DNA of 57,414 nucleotides, filler included, from Trypethelium eluteriae (GCA_051942245.1; 2 parts of 2 records of this genome joined end to end with filler, not necessarily neighbours in it), one strand, 5' to 3'; shown: positions 36,761 through 49,546, counted from the first letter of the whole stretch. Notes: a model not told the origin generated them from the sequence alone. Made by a program: numbers and translations.

Positions 36761-39509
36761 TCATTCATAAGATTCATCGCGTGGAACCTTCAATCTCAGC
36801 ACGCCAACCCTGCTGGTCTTTCTCCAGGAGCTACCTTCAGAAGCGATCAAGCGCTGAGATCCAGTCGCTCCATTCTCATTCTCAAGACATAAGCGTTTCA
36901 TAATGCCAAAACGCTGCCATCGTCGCCGTTGTCTCCATCCAGGACCAAAGCGTCCAAGCACAGCAATGGAGAGCCAAGAGCGCGGCCGGCCCCGGGAGAT
37001 ATCTTCTATCAAGAGCAGCGTTCTATTGATTGAGATGGATTGTTCACGTTGGAGTGATGGCCGTCTCGGAGGAGGCCAATCAAAGCGAAAAGCCCACTTG
37101 CTCTCTTCCGACCTCTGACCTGGCCGATTCCACTCTTCAAAGTCTCGTCTGACATCGACATCCGATTCTATGGTCCGCCATAGTTCAATTCTGCTTTTGT
37201 AGCACTCCTTTAGGCTTTCAAATATGTCAGGCACACGGGATAAAGCTTCCTCTTGAAGCTGAATAGCTTCGCTGACATGGTTTCGCATCAGCATTGCTAC
37301 CGCCAATGCTTCCCTTATGTAGAAGTGATTTTCGTCTTGCGGTCCTGCCTTGTTCATCTTGGTCCTCAGGATGTTGGTGAGAAGCTGGGCAGCTTCGTCG
37401 TAGCGTTCCTGGGCAATCCAACTTGAAGCCAGTCCATGTAGACCCCTCATGTAGCTGGAGAGATCGTCACCTAGCACGCTTTGACTACACGCTATCAACT
37501 CTTCAGCTACACGCTCACTCTCATGATATTTCTTCATTCCGAACTTCACATTCCACATACTATACAGAGTAACGGTTAGAATACTGTGGGACCCACCGAT
37601 ATGTCTTTTCTGTTGGTCTAAGATATCTTGTAGTAGTCGTTCCGCTTCGACGAAATTCCCTAATTCATAGTAGTCTGCTGCCAGTCTATTCTGCAACTGG
37701 ATGATGTGCGGCCAACGTGGCTCCGGAGCACACCGCTCGACGTCCCAGGTGATCGACGTCAAACGATGTCCTAGCTCTGGATAGCCAGCTTCCCGTAAGA
37801 CTCTACCCATGATAAGTATTCCTGGCTTCGTCGTCGGATGATCTATGCCATACAATCTCCAAGACCTTCTTACTGCTTTTCTGCATTCTTCTAGAAGTTC
37901 CCATGTATTGGAGACTTCGCTTGAATAAAGCACCAAATTTAATTTTACCAACAAAGTCTCGGAGTGGTCAGGTCCAAGCAGTTCTTCGGCAAGTGTGAGA
38001 CAGTCTCTCTCGCTGTCTACGGCTTCGGTGATGAATCTTTGGAGAAAGTAGCGACCGGCACGCTTCTGTAGAAGAATAAGTCGATTCCACCGCGAAGGCT
38101 TATCTCGCAGTGAGTCTGTCCACCGTAATACAGCAACCGCGTGCGGGTCGAGAGCTGAATGCCATCTAAAGCGAGGCCAATCCAGCCAGCCGTCGGGATA
38201 CGTCTTACTGACCTTTTCGAGCATTGGGCCTCCATGAATATCGACTTTCTTGTCTACCTTGATCCATTCTCGTGTGATGAGGTGTACCAGCGGGTGAACG
38301 TCGTAATATGTTTCGGCAAGAGGGTCCTTTGGGTCTACGGAACCAGCTTCAGGATCAGGCATCCGTTTGGTGATGAGAGAAAAAGAAATTAGAGTACTTA
38401 TGGCTTCTTTGCTTTCCACTTCTTTATCCTTAATACCTGGGAGAAGGGACTGCGGAATTGCCTGTGGATCCAGAAAGCTCATACAAGAGAAGAGCTTCGC
38501 TGCCCGATAGTGATGGGCCCGCAGATGTTTGAATGTGACGTTCCAAGTAGCAGCTAGAGCGTGCGGAACATCTGCCAATCGGCCTACAGCAACGAAAGGT
38601 TTGCTCAAAATCGAGAGTGGGTCTGACTTAAGCAGAGTGAGATACTTCTGTATGTCCATGCCAGGTCGTTGAATGTACGACGCTGCCTGAACAAGGGCTA
38701 GAGGGAGATAGTCGAGACTGGCAGCGAGGCTGGTTGCATCATTTAGCGAAGGTACGTTCGGCCCCTCAAAGACTTTGTAAAGCAGACTGACTGCGTCGTC
38801 TACCATCATCCTGTCCACTTTGAATAGGTTGCGATTCATTGTGAGGAGGCCCCCAGTAACCTGGTCCCTGGTTGTAAAAAGGATAGATCCATGGCTACAA
38901 TCTGGCAAGTATTGTGACAGTGGATGACCTCGATACGTAATACAAGTAGATTGGAACATCGTTTGAGGGAAGAAAAGCTCTCCATCATCGGCATTGTCGA
39001 CGATCATAAGCCAAGGTCCATGTTCATTGAGAAGCCACTCGTAGACCAACTGTAGGACGTTCGATTCAGGACTGGAGATGCCAGGTATGGCGCACTTTAG
39101 GGCAATCAAATGGTATCCTTTCCGAAATGTGTCGATACTGTCGGCATGTACCCAGAAAATTGAAGTTTCAGTAAATGTGTCTTTAACCCAGTACGCAAAA
39201 TCTATCGCTATTTGAGACTTTCTTCACAAATTGCGTCGATCAGCAGAGTGACAAGGAAGTGGGGGAACTCATTACCCAATGCCGCCCAGTCCATACAAGG
39301 CTGCTCGTGTTTGAACTTCATTGCGGTGTTCTTGTAGGTTGCTTTTAAACGCGGATTTGAGCCTCTCGAGGGCGTCACGTCGACCAGAAAACCTAGGGTT
39401 TCTAGCGTAAGGTACTGAGACTAGAGAAGAACTTAGGCAGTGGTCAAGGTTTTAAGCAGTTTTTCAGCGTACAAACTGTATTGGGGGAAGGATGATCCGA
39501 CACACTCAT
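36761..39509 (-). CDS. Fungal NLR-like NB-ARC/TPR protein
   Basis: VPYARNPRFSGR, P-loop GLGGIG|KSQIA, FWVHA, Walker B WLMIVDNADD, ILFTTRD, LPLALVQAASYI, DVHPLVH, then TPR-like repeats; introns 39472-39421 and 39275-39222. Confidence 0.9.
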
Positions 39510-40112
39510 ATCAAGGCTTTGTTTGAACTGGGAAGTCGAATGAAACGAAAGGATACGGAAAAGAGAAGACAGCACTTGCAGTACGACGAAAATAATGAGT
39601 CTTTAGTCCTTCGAGGCAGACATTGATTCTTTTTACACGAACAATCCGGCAGCGCACAAAGATGCTGCAGGCAGCCACGCGAGGCTGTCTGGGGGCAATT
39701 GTCCTATCTCCTGCTGCCAACCTTTGTGTGGCACAGTGCTCCAAGGGTGGGCGACTCGAAGTGTGCTGATTCGCACAGCTGCTTCGCAAAAAGCAAAGCG
39801 TATGTGGGTCCATATCTCCTATGCATAGATTGTTTCAGAACGTGCACAGCGCTTAAGAATGTGTCGTGGACGTCCCGTTGGGATACCGAACTAGCAGTAT
39901 TGGTGCAAGTCGCTCACTGAGCGGTTAGGCTGTACTCCGTACACGGTGGAATAGCCACAAGGCTGTATGACGCCGTCGTTCGCACGACGAACCTTCAGCT
40001 GTTTCCTGGGTTTAGTTAGCGAAGCCGTGTGATTTTCTTGGGGTTCTCGCCTAGCGCATCTACTGAGGAACAGGGTGGCGGATACCTCGTTGTAGGAGGA
40101 ATAGTCGGCTTA

Positions 40113-40293
40113 CCTTACGGCGGCTGGGGGGTTCCTCAACTGGTAATTAACACAATGTTACCTCAGCTTAACTGTTATGGCCCTGTTGGCCCATGTTAAG
40201 GTGGTGTTAACATGGACCAACAAGGTCATAACAGTAAAGTCGAAATAACATTGTGTTAATTACCAGTCGAGGAACCCCCCAGCCGCCGTAAGG
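40113..40293. mobile_element. Foldback MITE copy B (181 bp), TA target-site duplication
   Basis: TA|CCTTACGGCGGCTGGGGGGTTCCTC...GAGGAACCCCCCAGCCGCCGTAAGG|TA; 87-bp arms, 7-nt loop. Confidence 0.93.
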
Positions 40294-40591
40294 TATATAT
40301 GCGAAAATTCCCATAATTTCCAAGCAACGGTAAATGAGGCACATACAATGACACTTCGACATACAACTTGGGATTGTTTCAAAATGGATTTTAATTCCAA
40401 TCAGGATCCTGTCAATCGTCAGGCATGATTATATACTATGCAAACCAGGCGTCGGAAAAGGAGATCAAGAAAGTTGCCACTGAGGATGATCACATCGCTG
40501 GAAGCCACCAAGACTGATCGTACCAGAGTCACATGAAGAGACTAAAAGCCGTTGCGCCCAACATGATGTCATTTCCAATTCGCACACCCAG

Positions 40592-41836
40592 TCACCGCTT
40601 TCTCAAAACCCTTCTTCCCTCTGTTGGCGCTGCAATTCCCGTCTCCTTCTTTCCCTGCGCAGCCCCACCCCTCTTGGCCGCAGCCGCCGGAACACCAGCT
40701 TGAGCGCCTGACCCCTTTTTAAGCGGCGCTTTCCTCTCCACCTTCGGCTTGGTAATAATCGTTGTACCCGCGCTCACGTCTGAGGTATTGCTCCCATCAC
40801 TCGACCGTACATGCCCATGCCCTACACTAGCCAGCGGCGCTTTTGAAGCTGCTTTCTTCCCTCGCCCTGCACCAGCAGCTGTTGCAACAGTCGTCGTTGC
40901 TGCTCCCGTCTTGGCCTGTCGAGACGGCGCTCGAGGGGCCTTGGGCTTATCGTTGACGAGTCCGGCGAGGGACGCGGTCGCTGCTTCGACAGTTGAGGCA
41001 GGCTTGTAGGGTGAAATGGGTTTGGCGAGGTGTGACTTGGCTAGCGGTGGTGGTGGTCGCATCGGAGATTGGGGGAAGGCTCGAGAGTTGTTCGACTTCG
41101 GAGAGAGGACCTGGGAGGGGTTCACCTTTCTCGACGTTGTGCGCGTTGAGCGAGCAGGAGCTGCAGATGTTCCAGAGGCTTTGGCGCGCTTTTTGGGCAT
41201 CGCGAGATTGGCCGTCTCATTCTCTTTATCGTCGGAGGTCATTTGGTTACTGGAAATGGAGTTAATAAGGCATAGGGTTAACAAAGTAAATGCTACTAAC
41301 CTCGTGCGCTTTGTACCACGCGTTCTAGTAGCGTCTTTATCTATTTCGACCTTTGATTTCGGAGGCGACAAGTGCTTCGTAACTGGTGGCACCACTGTTG
41401 TAGATGCGTGTGATGGATCAGGTTTGGGCGCGCTCTCTTGTTCTAAATGTTTCGCGAGAAGATCCCCTAGATTTGCCTTCCTAAGTGCTTGGGGAATCCG
41501 ATTGATGCGCATCTCAAGTCGCGATCTCAATCCATGTACTTGTAATGCGTACTGCGCGCGAAGCTTCCTGGCGCGTTCGGTAACTGGAACCAAAGGTCAG
41601 TCTGATATCTAGCAAAGCCATAGTGTCCACGTACCCTCTAGCTGTAAATTGTCTACGATCGCCTGTTTCTGAGCTTGGGTGATTGTAATAGCCTGTTTCT
41701 TAGGACTTTTGTCCGGTGTTGTCACGCGGCTCTGATGCTGTGGAATAATCGTGGCTTGTGATGGAGCATTTTCAGAACTCGCCTCATGATTTGATGATTC
41801 GGAGGTTTTCTGCTTCTTGGATCTTGTGGGAGCCAT
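40592..41836 (-). CDS. Borealin/Nbl1 N-terminal domain protein (chromosomal passenger complex)
   Basis: ITQAQKQAIVDNLQLE|VTERARKLRAQYALQVHGLRSRLEMRINRIPQALRK; introns 41634-41584 and 41300-41250. Confidence 0.85.
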
Positions 41837-42174
41837 CTGGTAAACACTGAATGCGCAGTAATTATGCTCCAAAATTTGTGTTCAAATGGGTTGGGTGGGC
41901 GGATAATAATGCTTGGCTGAAGACGCGAACCAAAACAAAGTGACGTTTGTCTGGGAGAACTTCGGTTGCTAGAACAGCTTGCAGCTCTAGGGCTAATAGA
42001 GGCCTCGCCGAATCCACCCAAAGCCGTGACCGATACCTCATCACTCAACTCTAATACCTGCGACAAACGACTTTGCATATAGCTTCAGAACAGTATCCAT
42101 CAACTTCGCGTTCAGACGTCTCACCCTCTCTTTCTCCTCTCGAAAATCCTCTCGACCTCTGACAAACCGCCAAA

Positions 42175-43198
42175 ATGGTTCTCGAGGCGACGATGATAGT
42201 GGTGGATAACAGCGAGAGTAGCAGAAACGGAGATTATGTGTATGTAATACTGTGTTACACGCTTGGAAATATCGCTAATCTAAGCTGAAGACCATCTCGG
42301 TTCGATGCTCAAGCTGATGCCGTCAATCTCATCTTTCAGGCCAAGACGCAGTCGAACCCCGAGTCAGCAGTAGGGCTCATGAGCATGGGTGGAGCAGGTC
42401 CAGAAGTTTTGACGACTTTAACGACCGATATTGGAAAGATATTAGATGGGTTACATCGTACCAAGATAAAAGGCAGTTCACATGTGTCCACTAGCATCAA
42501 TATCGCAGCCGTAAGATTTACCAGTCCATCTCGAGCGGGAACGTCTGCTAACATAAGCTGCTTTGAAGCTAGCACTCAAGCACCGACAAAATAAATCACA
42601 ACGTCAACGCATCATTGTATTCACCTGTTCGCCCATGTCTGAAGATGAGAAGGCCATGATCAAGCTAGCAAAGCGGATGAAGAAGATCAACATTGCCATC
42701 GACTTCATTGCTTTCGGTGATCTTTCAGACGAGACTACCAAGAAGCTGGAGGCATTCAATGAGAATATCAAAGGTGGAGAAGGATCACATTTAGCCAAAA
42801 TCCCGCCTGGGCCAAATCTACTGAGCGACTCGATTGTTACGACACCAATACTAGCAGGTGAGGGCATGGGTGTCAACCCGAATATGGGTGGTGGAGGTGG
42901 AGAAGGCGGACAAGGCGGTGGCAATGAGTTTGAGTTTGGAGTTGATCCATCCATGGATCCGGAGCTGGCCATTGCCTTGCGGATGAGCTTGGAAGAGGAG
43001 AATGCTCGGAAGGAGAAAGAGAAGAAGGAGCGAGAGGAGCAAGAAGCAAAGGCAAACCTTGAAGGTATCCCAGAAGGTGACGAGAAGCAGCCACTGCTAG
43101 ATCAGAATGGAGAAGCGAGTGGAAGTGGTTCGGCGGCTCAGAACGGAGAACAGGAGAAGAAGGACAAGGATGAAGGTGACAAGATGGACACGGCATAG
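42175..43198 (+). CDS. RPN10: 26S proteasome ubiquitin receptor (VWA + UIM)
   Basis: MVLEATMIVVDNSESSRNGDY, LALKHRQNKSQRQRIIVF, FGVDPSMDPELAIALRMSLEEE; introns 42240-42290 and 42511-42568. Confidence 0.96.
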
Positions 43199-43415
43199 CC
43201 ACGGTGTTTCCTCACGGGTCGGATATGGCGATTATAGATTCATTCCGGCGTTATCTTCAGGTCCAGCGACCATACAGGCTACTGCTAGTCTGGCTCCAGA
43301 CGATTTTCATCGTCCTGCATTGTATGATATATCATCGACGACATTAACTCTTTCAACGATTCGCTTCTTTGGCGATCTTTGCGCTGCAGTGAGACTTTAT
43401 GTTTGCTCTCGCATC

Positions 43416-43914
43416 TCATCGATTAACTCTTATATACCCTTCCAATCCTCGATCAAATTTCTCGCTCCGTATCGGCATCTCCACGGTGTGAAATGGATTC
43501 TTCATCACAAAGTCTGCATACAGTTCGTAGATGCGCTTCAAAATCACGTCTACATTCGGTTGCTGTGGCTCCGTGAAGAGCAGGAACTTCGTCCCCGTCA
43601 CAGTCTGGTAGCATTGCATTCGAAAATTCTCACTCTCTAGCACCTCAATGCCGGTGGCTCCTTGACGTGGTTGAGAGACATTCGTAGCACTTGGCCGCAG
43701 TGCAGAGGGACAAAGAGAGCGTGATATGGCATGGACTCCGTGGAAGGTACCAGCAAGGATAAGGTAGTCGTTTCCTGAAAGCTTGCTGAGGCCTGAATGG
43801 AACTCTCGGTTGTAGATTAGTCCCCCGGCTTTGTTGATTACGAGTAGAGCGAAGACAACCCTAGGCCCCTAGTGAGGAATTGAAAAGCTGCATGGGCGTT
43901 TGCTGGACTTACAT
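43416..43914 (-). CDS. TRS23: TRAPP subunit (sybindin family, TRAPPC4)
   Basis: MVVFALLVINKAGGLIYNREF...NDYLILAGTFHGVHAI...FRMQCYQTVTGTKFLLF...YADFVMKNPF; ATG split by intron 43912-43861. Confidence 0.92.
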
Positions 43915-44475
43915 TTCGGGAAAGCATTAGAGGGGACGGTGTAATCCAGCTCCAGGCAGAAGCAGAGTCTGCGCACCGATCTATCCTTGCCTTCCGATAA
44001 CTCTTCCTTTTCCCAGGCTTAGTAGTGGTAACCGGTCTCAGTCCATGCTTGCAAGCAGACGCTGATGCGATCTTCTGCCTAATAGCTGTTGTCTTGATTC
44101 CGATCTCTCCAAGGCTTGCCACAGTAGGCAAAATCGTCCTTTGCAATCCTTGCCGATTGGATGTTCCTTAGATCGAGACTATTTAATGATTGGCTTTGGG
44201 TCTGCCTTGAAACAAAAGCCCCCAGGCGTAGATGCAGGACGTTATTTGTGCGGCGGCAAGTGGTGACAGAGCCTGGCCTGGTTACGGTTGCGGTGCGCTG
44301 AGCAGGCAGCTGTACGGACCCTGCATTATGAAGCTCCACCAGCAATCACACACTCTTGAATCCATCTGTTTAACTATGCCACAAGCCTAATGTATTTCGC
44401 CAAGCGCTTCGCCTCCATCCCCTCCTTCTCCCAACTTTCTAGCCTTGCACCGTAACTATCATAGACGGATGCACC

Positions 44476-46030
44476 ATGGCAAATCATCATATTCTGAGAA
44501 TTACGAGAGTAACATTTGGAACCCCGTCGCGTCCCAGTAATTGCTTAAAGGCTGATGCAGCTTCTAGGAAATCACTGATATACAGAAAGGCTCAGACCTT
44601 TGTAGGTGATTACCCGTCAGCCTTCAAGATATCTGACGGCTCACAATTATCGCAGCTCTTTCCGTCGCTTGTCGAGATTCCGACGTCCGTCATGTCAAGG
44701 CTCTCATTATTGGTCCACCAGAGACACCTTATGAGTTTGGCTTCTTTGAGGTGAGTTACGCCACGAGCCTCGAAATCCTGTTGTTGACATCACTGCTAGT
44801 TCTGGGTGAAATTTGGCAAAGGTCATCTCATTCGCCAAACTACCTTAGTGATTGTAGAATTTGCGCTAAGTCTACCCAGAGTACCCTACCAAAGCTCCCT
44901 CGGTGACGGCCATAACGACAAACAGCGGACGATGCCGTTTCAACCCCAACATATACTCTCAGGGCAAAGTCTGTCTCTCCATCTTAGGAACATGGCGCGG
45001 TGAACGTGGGGAGGAGTGGTCTTCAGCACAGGGACTCGAGTCTATTCTCATTTCAATCCAAAGCCTCATGTCTGCGGATCCCTATGAGAACGAACCCGGA
45101 TACGAGAATGCGGATAACCCTTCAGCGACCAAAGAACGAGAAGCGTACGCGGACAAGATAAGGCATGAGACACTGCGGATCTCTGTCATTCAACGAATGG
45201 AGAATCTCTTGGGTATCAATCCTCACGAATCCCAAACAGTCGAAAAAGCTGAGATCTATCCGTACAACGCAGAGGAGGAATACCAGTCTAGCACAGACGA
45301 TCCTGTTTTTGAACCTTTTAAGGATCTGTTCAAGCGCAGGTTCTTGTGGTACTACGATTCATATATGTTGACCATTGAAAAGGCATCACAAAAGGTCAAG
45401 GATGACACACCATTCATGCGTATGCCCTTCGAAGGCGGCGGGAATTCTATGGAAGGAAAATTCAACTATTCTCAGTTGAAACAAAGACTCGAGATCATCC
45501 GGGACCGGCTAGACAGAGACACAGATGCGTGGGCGAGTCAGGGAAAGCTGGCGGTCAAAAGCGAATCGAGGATCGCGTCAAATTTACAGCGACAATATGA
45601 GCAGGTTGTTGAGGCCTTCAAAAAGAATGATAGCGTCACTATCGACATTGAGCTCGTCGAGCAAAATCCATTTGTCTGGCATCTCGTTCTCTTCGGCCGA
45701 CCCATGACGAATTTTGACGGCGGTGTCTTCAACATCAAAGTCTACTTCAGTCCCAGGTTTCCAGACGAACAACCCCGCGTGAAATTTGAGACACCGTTGT
45801 TCCACCAGCGCATCTCCAGCACTGGGGTGCTTTGTTACTTTCCCCCTCGCCCTGAAGATGTCAAAGCACACATTGAGGCCATCGTTGAAGCCGTTGAAGA
45901 CGAGGCGCCCGCATATGATCCTCGTACTCTTGTCAATCCAGAGGCTGCGAAACTACTTTGGGGAGGGCCCAACGAGAAGAAAGAGTACAATAGAAAGTTG
46001 AGGCGCGCTGTACAACGGAGTAGCGAGTAA
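44476..46030 (+). CDS. UBE2Z-like ubiquitin-conjugating enzyme with two UBC-fold domains
   Basis: ALIIGPPETPYEFGFFEF, RFNPNIYSQGKVCLSILGTW, PYENEPG, second UBC LFGRPMTNFDGGVF...FPDEQP...FHQRISSTGVLC; four 5' introns and a possible terminal intron at 46027. Confidence 0.88.
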
Positions 46031-46668
46031 GTGAATCTTTTGAACTTGACTTTCCTGGTATTGATCTGCACTACCGCTAACAGTTCTCAACTAAGAATGG
46101 AGTAACTCCCCATACGTCTTACTCCGTTCATGACGCAAATTAGACGATTGATGACTCATAGCATTGGCGTTGGGAAGTTCAGGGGGTTATTGATACCCAC
46201 GTTACTCTGATCTGGATGGCTGGTGGCGTTGCTCTTGCTTCGGAGGTGTTTCGTGACTGTCCTGACCTTGCATGCATTGCGGCGTAGTCAATGGCGATAA
46301 AATGAAGCCATACACTGAAACAGATGTCCATACTCCATAGACTCTCAAGAAAATGAATATTTGTTCTAAAACCGCCGAAACGGAGAAAATTGCAGCTCAC
46401 ATAGCGCTCTTCACTTCGGGTCGCTCTATGCCTTTTTTCAAAACATGGCATATAACAACAGGCCAGCTCGATCAACGTATCTCAGTCTTGAATCTGATTT
46501 TATGTAACTAATGGTTTGCCCATGACGTTGTGACATACAAGTAATCTAGCTCCTTTTGACCCATGTTCTGCCTTGGTGGACCTAGTGGACCCTGCATGAA
46601 CATATGCACCTTCTCCGAATCGCGAGTCGTGGAATTTCTTTCGACTCCTACGAATTTCACATGGTACC

Positions 46669-47919
46669 ATGGCAACACAGCAATTGACTTCAAGATCGCT
46701 TGGTCATGTTGTGGTGACCGGTGGATGCGGTTTCCTAGGTTCACATATTGTTGAGCTCCTTCTCGAACGGAAAACTGCCTTGAAAATATCCGTCCTTGAC
46801 TTATACACCTCACGGAACCGCAAAGACAAAGTCGATTACTACGATAGCGATATTACCGACTCAGATGGTGTCAAACATTTGTTCGAGAGTCTCAAGCCAG
46901 ATGTGGTCATTCACACTGCCAGCCCCGTATTCAACGCAAACAAACCAGACTTGATGTACAAGGTCAACGTAGATGGGACTAAAGTCTTGATAAAAGCATC
47001 GCAAGAAACAGGCGTGAAAGCCTTCGTATATACCAGCTCAGGCAGCTTGATCAGCGATCAACAAAACGATCTCATCTACGCCGACGAACGCTACTCAATC
47101 GTCCCCGAACACCTCCAGCCGGAATACTACACCACCACTAAAGTAATTCTCCCATACACACACCTTTACCTCTAAACCTCTCCCTACTGCCATTACACTA
47201 ACCATGCATCTACAACCCAGTCCCTCGCCGAATCCCACGTCCTAGCCTCCAACCGACACCCCGACTCCCCCAGCCTCCTAACCTGCGCCCTCCGCCCCTG
47301 CGGCCTCTTCGGCCCGCGAGACGTGCAACTCCTTCCCCCAATGCTCAAACTCTTCCACACCGGCCCCACAACGGTCCAACTCGGCGCCAACGACAACCTC
47401 TTCGATTTCACCTACGTTGCCAACGCAGCGCACGCGCACCTACTCGCCGCGTCCGCGCTGCTCGCCACGCCGCGGGGCGCCAATGCCACCGTGCCGCTCG
47501 ACTTGGAGCGGGTGGATGGCGAGGCGTTCGTGGTGACGAATGACGAGCCGGTATATTTCTGGGATTTCCCGAGGGAGGTGTGGAGGGTCGCGGCGGAGGT
47601 GATGGGAGGGCGCAGTGCGGGGAAGGTGCCGGCGGATATTGGGCAGGTGTGGGTGTTGGGGAGGGAGCTGGCGATGGGGATTGGTGGGGTGCTGGAGGTG
47701 GTGTTGGGGTTGGTGGGGAGGAAGCCGAGGTTGACGAGGCAGCAGGCGAGGTATAGCTGTCAGGCGCGGTATTTCTGTATTGAGAAGGCGAAGAAGAGGT
47801 TGGGGTATCGACCGATTGTAGCATTGAAGGAAGGGATTAGAAAAGGGGTGGAGGATTTGTTGGAAAAGGAGGGAAAGGCGCCGCAGACGGAGAGATTGGG
47901 AGAGAAGCAGGGTTTGTAA
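46669..47919 (+). CDS. ERG26: Sterol-4-alpha-carboxylate 3-dehydrogenase (3-beta-HSD family)
   Basis: VVTGGCGFLGSHIV, VIHTASP, FVYTSS, YTTTK, NLFDFTYVANAAHAHLLAA, GEAFVVTNDEPVYFWDF; intron 47143-47220. Confidence 0.9.
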
Positions 47920-49546
47920 GCGGAAGAGAAGGGGAAGGTTCGTAAGTGAGTGGGTTACTTGTAAGATAAGATATTCTGTACGTTCTGATGGCAGCAGGTA
48001 ATGTCAATGTGTATATAAAGGCAGACATGAGAAATAGCATGGGCAAATAGCAAGAAATCAGGATACTCGCGACGAGGGTACTTTGTTCTCAGTGTCGGGT
48101 GAGCAGAAGGTTCAGTAAAGGAAGGTACTGTACGCCTGGATATGGACTGCGTAGTGCTGAACTGGCCAAGATTAGTGGATCGAGCATCCCAAATTTTAGC
48201 CCACAGATTTTACCAGCCAAGGTCGGGAGAGCACGGCAATCACCGGATATTTACTCCTTTGGAACGAATATAGAATAGGGCCATCGGAAAAACGACTTAA
48301 CGATCTATATTATTACAAAACAATTATCTACACGAAGACCTTCCATTCCCTTTCCGCAACCCAACTCGTGACATAGTGCTTGTATCTGACATACTTCATT
48401 CCCATCCGCCCAGATAGCCACCCAGTGTCGCTTGGATAAACCAGCTATGGCTGTGGAAGTAGTCTTTCGACTGCAAAGTCAAAGAGGTATCATTCGGCGC
48501 TCGTATACGTCGTAGTCGTGTCATTTCTTATTCGTCTCAGTTCTTAAGTACCTTTTCCGAAGTCGGCTCGTTGTGCATAAGAAAAAGCAAAGGGAAATCA
48601 TTCATGTTGGTTGACAGAGATTCCAGGAGTCATCTGTTGAGCTTTCACCATAGAGATAAGTCATTCGACGTTTTGTAACTTCCTGCTTGTGCGGGTCTGC
48701 ATTATCCTGGGCGGAATTTCGATGCTCCTTAATCCAGGTCAGTATCTTCTTGATGCGAAGAGCATGCTTGAGTGAGAAATGGGTTAGATTGAAGGGCTTG
48801 GGCAAGATGGAAGACATGATGAGATGGTATGTGACGGTAGCTGATGTTGGTTTGATGTATGCAGAGCTTGAGATGGCTGAGAGCCTGGTAAATGGTCGTA
48901 CTTGGGTTTGGGTTGAGTGTGTGTATGAGATAAGAGGGATAATGAGATGGATACAATCCCTTTTGTACTCAAGGTAGCTCGCTTGAGTGATCTAGGTCCG
49001 ATCCTCAACGTCCTCATTTTTGAAGCCTCAGGCGGAAATCAACGAAGCGAGGCGTAAGCGAATGACACCACGCGACTCTCCGAATAGATATCACGAGAAC
49101 GCAGGCAAGCGAGAAGAGAAGCTAGAACATATATAGAGCAGACTAAAAGCGGCAGAAATTTGCCAATAACAATTGCAGGAAATGAATTTGATCTTGGAGA
49201 ATAGAGAGGGCATCGTGGTCCACATGACTTTAAAATCGAATTTGTTTGACCCTTGATACAGCTCAGGCATATATCTACCTATATGGTCTTGTATTCGTCC
49301 GGGTGTCTGAAACTTCAGAACAGTATCTTATATTGGGCGAATTCGAAAGATAGAGCTAAGAGGTATAACAAGTTACGGAGTATGCGCGACCTTAAGGTAC
49401 CTTAGTCATGACGGAGAGTCTGGTGATTTGCGGCTCGGCGGATCGGTCCGAATCGCCGAGCTTGCATTCACAACGCGTTTCATGTTTGTCGATGGAATTT
49501 TTACACGCTTCGACGCGGACACCCAGCACTGGAATTTATCATCAGC

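Noticed and set aside
48602..49017. Short overlapping ORFs between ERG26 and the UBE3D-like gene
   Set aside because: No recognisable motif or coherent splice model
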